DNA of 63,998 nucleotides, counting the filler, from Dirinaria sp. TL-2023a (Eukaryota), in assembly GCA_051941275.1 (NCBI GenBank). It is 3 parts of 3 records of this genome, joined end to end, with 100 filler letters (N's around TTAATTAATTAA, not from the genome) between each part and the next. Parts side by side here need not be neighbours in the genome. Positions count along the whole stretch, not along the records: positions 44,500 to 63,998 come from JAVEBF010000331.1; 2 more parts are not named here. The stretch is one strand, 5' to 3'. Under the pieces are notes generated by a model. That model was not told the origin of the DNA, did no database searches, and worked only from the letters and a program-made list of their open reading frames with translations. Within the stretch, counting starts at the first letter, position 1, and every line of letters begins with the position of its first letter. Both the position numbers and the translations under genes were made by a program. Shown here piece by piece: positions 47,825 to 58,992 of the stretch.

Positions 47825-50800
47825 ATGCTACGCCATTCATTCCGCGGTTCCGGAAGCTGCCTATGGCGAGCTCACCAGCACTCGTCGTGCTTGGCGAAGT
47901 TGCCAAAGCAAGCAGCGCCGACTTCGCGTGCTGCAGTATCCTCACACGCAGGCCAGCGGAGACGCTATGCGGTGGCTGCTGAGCAGACGAACAAGGGAGT
48001 GGTAAATGACTTTCGTCTGCGCTGGTAGAGTTGAGAAAGGAGTATGCTGATGAAATTTGGCGAAGGACCCCAATGATTCCTTCCTTCAAGGCAACACTGC
48101 CAATTATATTGACGAAATGTACTTGTCATGGAAGCAGGATCCCTCAAGCGTCCACCTGTCATGGCAAGTCTACTTCAAAAACATGGAAGATGGCAACATG
48201 CCAATATCTCAAGCCTTTCAACCTCCACCAACGCTTGTTCCATCGCCAGAAGGTGGTGTACCATCGGTGATGCCGGGCGCCGGTCTAGCTTCTGGTCAGA
48301 GTTCAGATCTGACATCGCACCTGAAAGTTCAGTTGCTTGTCCGGGCATACCAGGCAAGAGGACATCATAAAGCGAAAACAGACCCTCTAGGCATTCGTGG
48401 AGAGGCTGAGTCGTTCGGCTACCATAAGCCAAAAGAATTGGAACTTGAGCATTACCAATTTTCCGAGAAAGACCTGGACAGGGAATATGACCTAGGTCCG
48501 GGTATACTGCCAAGGTTCAAGGACGCAGGTCGTGATAAGATGACATTACGCGAAATCATTGCTACTTGTGAAAGGCTCTATTGCGGTTCTTACGGCGTAG
48601 AGTACATACACATCCCCGACAGGGAGCAGTGCGACTGGCTAAGAAAGCGTTTGGAGATTCCTCAGCCGTTCAAATATTCCGTCGACGACAAGCGTAGGGT
48701 CTTGGATCGTTTGATCTGGAGTTCGAGCTTCGAAGCCTTCCTGGCTACCAAGTATCCCAACGATAAGCGCTTTGGGCTCGAGGGTGGTGAAACACTGGTG
48801 CCTGGAATGAAAGCACTTATCGACCGTTCGGTTGATTACGGCGTCAAAGACATTGTTATCGGGATGCCTCATCGTGGGCGATTGAATGTTTTGAGTAACG
48901 TCGTTCGAAAGCCCAACGAATCGATATTCAGCGAATTTGGTGGCACCGCCGAACCATCTGATGAAGGTTCAGGTGATGTGAAGTACCACTTGGGTATGAA
49001 CTTTGAGCGTCCAACGCCGTCTGGTAAGCGAGTGCAACTGTCCCTCGTTGCTAACCCTTCGCATTTGGAAGCCGAGGATCCAGTCGTGCTTGGTAAGACG
49101 AGAGCTATACAGCACTATAATAATGATGAGAAGCACTTCTCCACCGCCATGGGAGTCCTGCTGCACGGTGATGCTGCGTTTGCAGCTCAGGGTATAGTGT
49201 ATGAGACAATGGGATTCTACGCTTTACCAGCGTATGCCACAGGAGGCACAGTCCATATCATTGTTAACAACCAAATTGGATTCACGACGGATCCTCGGTT
49301 CGCCCGCTCCACACCGTATTGCTCAGATATTTCCAAAGCGATCGATGCCCCTGTTTTTCATGTCAATGGCGATGACGTTGAAGCAGTCAATTTCGTGTGC
49401 CAAGTTGCTGCAGATTGGAGAGCTGAGTTCAAGAAAGATGTTGTTGTCGACATCGTATGCTACCGGAAGCAGGGGCACAACGAGACGGACCAACCATCCT
49501 TCACCCAGCCGCTCATGTATAAGCGCATTGGCGAGCAGAAGCCTGCCCTGCAGAAATACGAAGAGAAGCTTCTAGCCGACAAAACCTTTACAAAAGAAGA
49601 CATCGAGGAGCACAAGAAATGGGTCTGGGATATGCTAAGCAAGAGCTTTGAAGAAAGCAAGAATTACCAACCAAACTCGAAAGAGTGGCTGACCTCGGCA
49701 TGGCATGGTTTCAAGTCTCCCAAAGAGCTTGCTACTGAAGTGCTGCCCCATCATCCGACCGGTGTTCCGGCAGAGAAATTGAAGCACATAGGCCGACAGA
49801 TAGGTAATGCGCCAGAAGGATTCAATATCCACCGTAACCTGAAGCGTATCCTTGCCAATAGAACAAAGACCGTAGAGGAAGGTAAGGCAATTGACTGGTC
49901 CACAGCCGAAGCGCTTGCTTTCGGTACGCTCTGCGATGAAGGCCACCATGTCCGAGTTTCGGGACAGGACGTTGAGCGTGGTACATTTTCACAACGACAT
50001 GCTGTTCTGCACGATCAGGAAAGCGAGAAGACATATACGCCTTTGCAGCACGTCAGTGGGAAGCAAGGAACATTCGTCATCACTAACTCGTCACTGAGCG
50101 AGTACGGCGTGTATGTATTTTGACTCTGACTCGTATTGAAAACATGTCGCTGACTTTCAAAACAGACTTGGGTTCGAGTATGGCTACTCACTCTCATCAC
50201 CGAATGCTCTTGTGGTGTGGGAAGCTCAATTCGGTGACTTTGCCAACAACTGCCAGTGCATCATCGATCAATTCGTCGCTTCTGGCGAAGTCAAATGGCT
50301 GCAGAGGTCTGGCCTGGTAATGTCGCTGCCTCACGGTTACGACGGTCAAGGCCCCGAACATTCGTCCGGGCGCATGGAACGATACTTGCAACTGTGCAAC
50401 GAGGACCCGCGCGAGTTCCCCTCGCCGGAGAAGCTCGACCGCCAACATCAAGACTGCAACATGCAGATAGCGTACATGACGTCGCCGGCCAATCTCTTCC
50501 ACATCTTGCGGCGACAGATGAACCGACAGTTCCGCAAGCCGCTTATCCTGTTCTTCTCAAAGTCCCTTCTCCGCCACCCTATCGCTCGCTCGCCCATCGA
50601 GGACTTCACCGGCGACTCCCATTTCCAATGGATCATCCCGGACCCGGAACACGGGGCTGGGATCAACGCGCCCGAAGACATCGAGCGTGTCATCCTCTGC
50701 ACCGGCCAAGTCTACGCCGCGCTGCACAAGCACCGCGCCGACAACAAAATCAAAGACGCGGCGATCACACGCATCGAACAACTCAACCCGTTCCCCTGGG

Positions 50801-51078
50801 CGCAGCTGCAGGAGAACCTGGACATGTACCCCAACGCCAAGAACATCGTGTGGGCGCAGGAGGAGCCGCTGAACGCGGGCGCGTGGAGTTTCACCCAGCC
50901 GAGGATCGAGACGCTGCTGAACCACACCAAGCACCATGATCGAAAACACGTGCTCTACGCCGGCAGGAACCCCAGCGCCAGTGTAGCCACTGGTTTGAAG
51001 GCGAGCCATATGAAGGAAGAGATGGATCTGCTGGAGATGGCCTACAGCGTTTTCCAAGAGAAGTATAAAGGTGAGTAA
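47825..51078 (+). CDS. KGD1: 2-oxoglutarate dehydrogenase E1, mitochondrial
   Basis: [74 protein letters not shown]. Two introns. Confidence 0.97.
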
Positions 51079-51231
51079 AGAAAGAGGGTGACTGGAAGAG
51101 AAAGAGGGTGACTGGAAGGGGAAGAGGAGAAATTCCCAAGTTCTTTCTTGTCTGTACATATCATGAGCAACCCTTTTTTTTCTTTTCTTCTTCTTGTTCT
51201 TCTTCTTCTTCTTCTTCTTCTTCATCATCAT
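51079..51231 (+). repeat. 20-bp tandem duplication and (TTC)n microsatellite in the KGD1 3' region
   Basis: agaaagagggtgactggaag twice (51079-51118); ttc/atc triplet run ~51186-51231. Confidence 0.85.
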
Positions 51232-51555
51232 ATTGGTTTCTCGATTGATCGAGGCTCCCTGTTGAAGTATTATTCTTGGGGATTAGGTGATCCCTAGGTA
51301 TGTGGTGCCAAAAGTAGCGAATAGTCTCCTAATGCGACTGACTCCCCATTCTCATCATGAAACCGAACAACACGGTCGGTATCCGCTGTGTGAAAGAAGG
51401 AAAAAAAGCTAAATCGTAGCTATAAGCAATAATAAAACGAGCGATGCAACAACAAACACAGAGTAAGAACCCCACACCGTCCCAAACCTGACCTTACTAT
51501 ACCGTGCCTGTTGCCCCTTCTGCTGCCCAGAATTCACTCCCTTAAGGCGAGACTA

Positions 51556-52845
51556 CTAACCTGCGACGTCCGTATTCGTACCCCCAACGAATAACGGCTC
51601 CGTCGCCGCTTTCCTACGCCGGATCCGCGGCATCCTTATCTCCCCCTCCTCATCCCTCTCCATCCCGCAGCAAAGCCACGCCACCTTCTCCCACCACGCT
51701 TTACTCTTCTTCGGCGGATTGCCGCCACTCTGTACCGCCCCATGGTGGGCTTCTGCGCGCTGCGCAGCCGCTGCTCCAGGTTGCCCAAGCTGGACTCGTT
51801 CGTTGGTGTCACTGCCGGGATACCGCATCATCTCAGTCGTATCTTCGCCTCTGATGGCGTACCAAGGATGCATACCGCCGACGACGCCGTGGCCGCTGGG
51901 GCCTGCTCGCCATCGGCCACGGATGAGCTCGCCGTTCTCGCCGCGCATGACCACCCCGCGCGGCAGCGCCGTCGTCTGCCGCCTGTATTCCTGGTCCACG
52001 AGCCGCCGGGACCGGAAGTGGTCCCTGAACCGTGCCGGTGGGGCGGGGAGCCGGTAGTTGTAGGCTGCAGGCGTGTTGAATGTGGGAAGGCCTGGCGGGG
52101 TGGGTTTGCGTTCTGGGGGTGCAAGCCCGGGCTGGTTGGGGAATGTGGTGGTCCCAGCTGGGACGGAGGATGAAGATGATTGCACGCTTCGCCGTGTGAA
52201 GGAGCTGAATGATGGGAGAGAGAAGGATTTCCGGTGGCGCGGCCGGACGGTGGGTAATGGTTTCAATGCGTTCGCAGAGGGGGTGTGCCGCAGGTGGAGC
52301 GTGGAGGCTTTTTCCTTGGGCGTGATCGTTGCCTGTGAGCCTTTGGCTGTCACGGCGCGGCGGCCGCCAAAAATCGAGGATGCTTTGGTTTGCAGCGTTG
52401 CTAGCGATGTTTTCTCGGTGATGGGATCGAGTCGGTGCGGTCTGTGAATCGGATCGATGTAGTTGAGCCATGCCAGCCGCTCGATTCCGCGTCTCTCTTC
52501 TTCGGCGTTGAAACCTGAAGCCGCTGGTTTCGAGGGCGGGTGGTGCTCTCTGCCAGCAGCGGCATTATTGTTCTGCTCGTTGGGCGGTGGGATGTTCTCT
52601 TTGCTCTGGGAACTGACGATGGAGGCTTCGTAGATGGACTCGTGGGCGCTGGGGATGCTTTCAGACGAGTCGAGGTGGGTCTGGAATGTCTGGATGGATT
52701 GCTTGTGACGGAGAAGGAAATCGGACTGCCTCGATTTAGCCGTGGCAAAGGGCGTGGGCGGGTCAGAACGGGATTCGTTGGTGTTCGGCATCAGAGGCAA
52801 ACGAGTAGTAGATTCTACTGCTTTGAATGGGGTAGTAGCCATCAT
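51556..52845 (-). CDS. Uncharacterised S/P/R-rich protein
   Basis: 429-aa ORF with coding-like GC3; motifs LDPITEK and RKPTPPGLPTFNTPAA; C-terminal WWEKVAWLCC. Confidence 0.7.
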   Translation of the reverse strand: MMATTPFKAVESTTRLPLMPNTNESRSDPPTPFATAKSRQSDFLLRHKQSIQTFQTHLDSSESIPSAHESIYEASIVSSQSKENIPPPNEQNNNAAAGREHHPPSKPAASGFNAEEERRGIERLAWLNYIDPIHRPHRLDPITEKTSLATLQTKASSIFGGRRAVTAKGSQATITPKEKASTLHLRHTPSANALKPLPTVRPRHRKSFSLPSFSSFTRRSVQSSSSSVPAGTTTFPNQPGLAPPERKPTPPGLPTFNTPAAYNYRLPAPPARFRDHFRSRRLVDQEYRRQTTALPRGVVMRGENGELIRGRWRAGPSGHGVVGGMHPWYAIRGEDTTEMMRYPGSDTNERVQLGQPGAAAAQRAEAHHGAVQSGGNPPKKSKAWWEKVAWLCCGMERDEEGEIRMPRIRRRKAATEPLFVGGTNTDVAG

Positions 52846-53699
52846 CTTAAATGCTGGTGTGTAGCAGCTGTTTAAATTAGCCGTGCAGGTATCAATGCTG
52901 CCATCTCATAGCACGGTGCTCCACGATAAAAAAAAAGAGCTCCATGATGAAAATGTATAATGCAGTAAGGTATCTATCTATTAAAAAGCGACAAAGGGCA
53001 ACAGGTCAGCACGTGGGAGGCTACTCCCCAGTCAAGAAGCTGCTCCGGTATGTGACAACAACGCTGTAAAGGCAAAGATGGTGGACCTTATCTGCTCATG
53101 ACGGAAGGAGCGACGGCAAATGCAATCCGTAAATCTGACAAGGACAAGCTTGTCAGTATACTGTAAGAAATGCCGATGGAGTCCCTACAGAACTAGGTAG
53201 GCTATTCAAAGTGTCGGACAACATGGACAAAGCGATGTCGCCAATGCCACGAAAAAACTATGCGAGACTGGGCTAAACAGAATATTGCTTTTGGGGCAAG
53301 TATTTGATAGAATTAGAAGAGTTATCGCAAAGCACTTCGATGCCTAGATTGAAACACCTTTTTTAAATGCCGCTCAATATGAGAACACTGCTAGCCCCTT
53401 ACGATATTCATGCGCTCAAATCAAGCTGGGCTGTTACCCTTTACGAGTAGAGCACCACGGTATTTTCCGCCTCCGGTAAGGCACCGATTCTGTCATCTAA
53501 GTCGTGTATATCCTTTCCTGCCATTTGTAAGCTGGTGCGGTCACTTGCACTTGCTCAACAGCTGCCGCTTCCAGCCTTTCTGGTCAGTCGACCCTCGCTC
53601 GAACGATTGTCTGTCCATCCCGAGTTCCTGAAGACGGATCATTCGGCGAAGCCCAAACCTGCCTTCGCCAGATGACTGCAGTTATAAGCGCGAATCCAC

Positions 53700-56389
53700 T
53701 CACTGCGCGGTCATGCTTTGGTTGAGCGAGGACTTTGTAGGAGTCTGGTCGCGTTTCAACGTGCGGACAAGAGCTTCCAGTTTACGGCGTTCCTCCTGTT
53801 CATACTATTTTGCTGGTCAATGTTGTGCGCTCGAACTGAGTGAAGATTCCTTACCCTCAATGCCCGCATGTTCTCTGCCCTCGTATCTCTCATCATCTTC
53901 TTGAATTCATTCTTCAAGACTTGCGTGCTGGTAGTGCCCGGACTCATGGAATCTCTTGCCCCAACACTGCCAGGACTCTTCACGCCAAGCGATCGCACCT
54001 TTTCTTCGCTAAGCTGAGTCTCGAGAGCTTCGCATCGATCTCGCAATGTATCTAGACTGCTTTCTAATTGCTCTCGTTCACGTTCGAATTCGATGGTGGA
54101 CTTAGTCATGGCCTCGTACTCCCCAATGGTCTCTGTAAGCTCTCGTTGCAAAGTCTGCACGCGTTGGCTCATCTCGTTGTGGCCAGCTTTGAAATTCTCG
54201 AGCTCTTTAGTCAGGTCCTTGTTGCGTGCACTGACTTCTTCATATTCTTGCTGTTTCGCTGGCTTCGCAGCGTTCTCAGCCGCTCGTTCTGCCCGTGTAC
54301 CGTAAGCAGCGTCTAATTCTGCCTTAGCTACCGTGAGTTCTGTCTGGAGCATGATCATCTGTCCTTCACGCTCCTGCAGCTCGTTGTGCGCCTTATCTTT
54401 GTCGGCTTGTGCGGTCTTGTAGTCCGAGGTCAAGCTCTGCATACGTTTCTCGGACTCTTCGAGTCGACCAAGCATCTCAGCGTTAGCAATCCCAAAATCA
54501 TCTTTAGTCTCTGCAAGCTCGTTTTCAATTTCAGCAAGTCGCTCTTGCTTTTCGGACAAATCGGCATATAGCCGTTCTTCGGTCTCGTGCCTCGCTTCTT
54601 TCTCTGCGGCAAGCGCCTCGTTCTCCTCCAGGCCTCGCTGCTGCTCTAGCAAGCTGGCTTCCTGCCTTATCGTATCAACACGCTCGGTCATAAGTTCAAC
54701 GCTATCTTGTGCCTCTTTCACTTCTCTCTCCTTTTTCGCTAGCGATTGCTTTGTTTTCTCTATTTCCAGTGACATCTCCGATATTTTGGTATCTTTTGCC
54801 GAGTCCGACTGCGTGTTGAGTTCCCTCTGTTGTTGTACTTGTCGGGACAATATCTCCTTCTGCTCTTGCAAACCAGTGGCACGCGCAAAGAGGGTTTGGA
54901 CTTTGGTCGAAAATAATTGAAGTGAGAACTCTTCACCTGAAACTTCACGTTGCACCGGATCCTGCCGTCTCAATTCTTCTTCGCCACCAACCAAAATCTC
55001 CCACAGGCCTCGTAGCACGGTCTTGTAATGCTCTGCTTCTTCAATACTAGCCGCTTTCGAGGACATGTTACGATTATCTTCACTTAGACGGTGTATGCTC
55101 TGCTCGACAGCACCCAGTCCAGCTTCCAAGTAGCTCACTTGGACATCCGGCCTTGTCCCAGAAGCTTCAGGCGGCAACGGATACTCGGATTTCTGACCTT
55201 GAAATCCGCGAGTAATGATGCTACGTAATCGGGTATTAAGTACTCCAAGATGCTCTTCTATTGCATATACCGAATGTTTTAGTTGTTGCGTGGAGGCGTC
55301 CTGGCTCCTTTGGAGGGCCGAGAAATTTCTCTCGAGATAACTCAGTTGCCCGTCAAGTGCTCCTATGAGCTCTCGACTATCATCCAAATGTTGTATAGGG
55401 GGTACAGGCTCTGTGTGATTGTGAGAGTCCTGCTGGCTGATCGTGTTCCTTAGACGCCGATTAAAATCTTCGAGCTTTCGTTCTGTTTCAAGGATCGCCT
55501 GGTCGTAATGCGCAAACTCCTCCTTAGATGCACCCCTTGCCGCATTTCCATGAGTGCTGGAGGTATCTAGCAGTATATCGAGTGTTTGATAGAAGCTTCT
55601 GTCGTCGAAGCCCATGCTTAGATCCAGTAGATCGACAGGAGTTCGCCCGATGAGGTGACCATTTGCTTCAGCTTGCCTGGGACTTGAGTTATCTTTCTCC
55701 AGGAAACCCTTGTGCGTCTTTTGCAGTATTCCAGCAGTATGTTCCAGAAGTTTTGTCTGCAGTATTTCTGCACGCTTCTCAAGGCCCCATAGTTCCTGCG
55801 CTAGATCTTCGCACTTCCTAGTACTGATTGCCAACTCGTCATCTGTTTTGTTCAACATGTCGCTAAAGCTGCCCTTGCTGCCCATTGTACTGCGTCGATG
55901 TCGCCTCCCACCTTTGGGAGAGCCTTCCATCATCTCGGACGATGTTGGATCTTGAAGGCGGTTCAGTGACTGTGCTGCATCGCGAAGCTTTGTTTCTAGG
56001 ACGAGTTTGCGTTTCGTACCATCTATTCGAGTTCCCAGTATGGATAATTCTTTCTTGATGGCATCGATTTCCTCGTATGATAGGACGTGAAATTGCTGGC
56101 TGTCACCCATGGCTGTTTCCATCAGTAAATGCATTGCGACCGGATCATCCATATTGAGGAGCTGAGGTGTTGGTGGAGGTCTATGTCGACTCATCTAAAT
56201 CTTGTCAGCACTTTGGGCGCGGACCGGTATTCAACTATAACGAACAACATCGTAGCGCGGATGTTCTCCAGAGCTACTGTAAGCGTCCACCAGGGCCTTC
56301 GCTCCAATGTGAACGCTTTGCAGGCCAGCACCATAATGAGTATCTATGCTCGAAGAGGACGAGGCTTGCCGCGGCCGAGTACCGTTCAT
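53700..56389 (-). CDS. Uds1 (up-regulated during septation) domain coiled-coil protein
   Basis: DDPVAMHLLMETAMGDS..VLSYEE..LKKE-like region, LETKLRDAAQSL, LLEHTAGILQ, long coiled coil, LKNEFKKMMRDTRAE. Last exon YEQEERRKLE...SMTAQ*. Start uncertain. Confidence 0.8.
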
Positions 56390-57415
56390 TATGATGCCAG
56401 GCATGCGCAAGATTTCTCGTCATCGGCGCAAACGCGCTTCTGCTAGGAAGCACGAATAAAGCGATGCTATATTCCCTCACATGTGTTGCCGTGCGTCAGT
56501 GGAGGCCGTGCCTAGATCGGTGTAGTAAAAAGCATTGGTCGAGTTTTGTACGCTGATTAAAATATGCGATGCTTGAAGCTAATAATGTCCAAACGTACCT
56601 CATAATGTATTATCTTACATGTAGTCTCGACGCTCCCCTGTTGGAAATCGCGAAGCTGGAGCCGAAGCGGTGCTTGGCACGCCCTGGCGGAACAGGCCCG
56701 AGGTGCCCGAGGGACCTGTCTACCAATCAGCCTGCAGTTTTCGGGAGACAAGACGGCATCAATATTCAATATTCACTTTGGCTTCACAACTATATCTGCA
56801 GCTAGACGGCAAGATAACGCTCGCCTGATTGAAATGGCGATATATGCAAGCGATCATGAAATCAAGATCTTCGAGTGCCAGTACTCATACCCATGTACTC
56901 GTACCATTTCCATCGACTTTGTCCAATCATCTCTTCCATCCCGGGGGAATTGAAGCTAACAAGGGCCTTGCCTTTAGCAAAGTCGGACTACCTTACAGAA
57001 CAAGCTAAGGCCAAGTAAGGTACTGTACTAATATAGGTCAACCTGGAATTGCCCAGAAACCCGAGTGCTGTCCATTAGCTCAGCGCTGGTCAATCACGTG
57101 CCGGCGACAAGATATCTTCTCTTTTCTCCCTTTTACCAGATGATGCTAAAGTACATGTAGCCACCCGTGCCTTGATTAGCATTATTCACTTTTCGCGGCT
57201 GCAGCCTCATGGAATGGTCGGCGACTTCGTTGCGAGATCTAGCAGCCTATGGAAAGCGGGAAGTGTATGGTGCACCGACAGCCTTGCAGTTTTCTGCCGT
57301 TGTATGCTGGAACATCACCTTGTTGCCATGAGAAGAAAAACGAGTTTGAGACATGTCAACAACTTCTGCCGATACATTCAAAAGTGTTTGAAGCCTGCGT
57401 CGCTGCCCGACTGCC

Positions 57416-58992
57416 TCAAACTTGATGGGGAACGCCTAACTCTCCCTGACTTGCAGGACTTGACACCATACTGATCCTTGAGCTATCGCGACTGGCACGA
57501 TCCGTACGATGGGGGTCCTGAGGTCCACTCAACCTCATTTCCTCCGCACTTTGTGGTTTAATGCGTCTCGAGCACCACCTGACATATCGATGGACGAACG
57601 CCATCAACGGAGCCGGACTTGGAAGCCTTCGCGACAGCCCTGCTGAGACATGTTTTCTGAACACTGGACGTAGCGATGGCAGACAAGCGCTCAAAACGCC
57701 CAAGCAAGCCTCGATCATTGGCCAGTATAGCGCCGGCGTCAGAATGTCTAGAGCACATAGTACAGTCAGTCTGATCGTCATGAAAGAAGTTTGGTTTATC
57801 TCATTGAAGTCTTACATGCCAAGTCTGATTCGCTGGATTCCACCTCTGTGTGCAAGATTTAGTGGTTTGCCGAAGAAGCGTTGAAGGGGTTCCGGCACCT
57901 CGTAATATCTGGTAGAAGACTAGCAGCTTCACTATCCCGGCTACGACGACTCTGTCTGCGTTTCAAAAGGGGTTTGTCGAACAAGGCTTAAGCAAAACTT
58001 ACAGCACCCCCATGAGCAGCATGCAGCTTACGGCAATCTTAGAAGATAGTGGCATCCGAAGCGCCCAGATCTTTGTCATCGTAAGTGATTTGCTTCGATA
58101 GGTGGGAATCGAAAGATAGACCGAAGGAATTGGTAATGACAAGATCAGCACTATCCATTTTTAGCAGAGGCTCGGTTTGGCGAAGAGGTTCTGCTCCGTC
58201 ACCGTCTGTAAATACGTCCGACCAAGTTTGACTTAGGTACATCTGGTCTCTGTTGATGCAAGCCTCTGATGTTCCGTCGTAAATTTCCCAAATCACAGGC
58301 AACGGCAAACATTGGAGGAGGTTAGCAAAAAAGAAAGCGACGGTCCATATGATTGAGATGGCGATCATTGTCCACACCGAAAAATCGAATATTCTGCCAT
58401 TTAAGATCCTGGTGAGTGGTGTTAGGCTTCTGTCTGTGGGACATCTAGAGACTTGCCTCTTGTAGAACAAGAGTACCGCCATTTTGGTGAAACCGAAGGC
58501 CAGTATAAACATCAGTTGCGAAGAAAATGTAGCCTACAAAGTTATGAGTTTCATATTAGCATCATACGCGTCTTGCTTTCGGGTCTACTTGTTGTAGGAT
58601 CTTTGTGCGGTGATCGAGTACTAATGCGCCAGATGTATAGGTTCTTGAATGCTGCCCTACGTGGCCGAGAGCAGTTGCTATTATAGCTGAGCATAAAGAT
58701 CTCCTTTTGTGAGTCTCACAGTGCTCACCAAAGAACGTGCATACAGCTGTTCCGATTGTGAAAAGCTTTTCACCCCTATCAGTCCCGTTCTGAATTGAAG
58801 GGGGCATGAGTTTCTCATGCGGAACACTTACTAGAGCAATCGCGACCAGACAATCATCCCAGGCCAGACCGGCCTTTTTTGATGTCTTGCGTAGAACCGT
58901 AATAGCACAGCGACAATCGCCAGTAATGTCAGTACGCTGGCGAGAGCGTACATCTGGCCTGCCGACTGGCCTGCTATCAACAAGGAACCCAT
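57416..58992 (-). pseudogene. PTH11-like seven-transmembrane receptor (no CFEM seen), with an apparent frameshift
   Basis: VLLRFYAR / GLAWDD, FTKMAVLLFYKRI, NLLQCLPL..IW, DVFTD, WPMIEACLGVLSACLPSLRP. Frame breaks at the A6 run 58875-58880; may be a sequencing error. Confidence 0.7.

Noticed and set aside
684..52471. Long antisense or overlapping ORFs (e.g. 684-1406, 27742-28479, 39307-40107, 50256-50939, 51833-52471)
   Set aside because: They shadow real genes in GC-rich coding DNA and carry no independent motifs.
57128..57140. CCTTTTACCAGA resembling U5 snRNA loop 1
   Set aside because: No flanking stem or Sm site seen.
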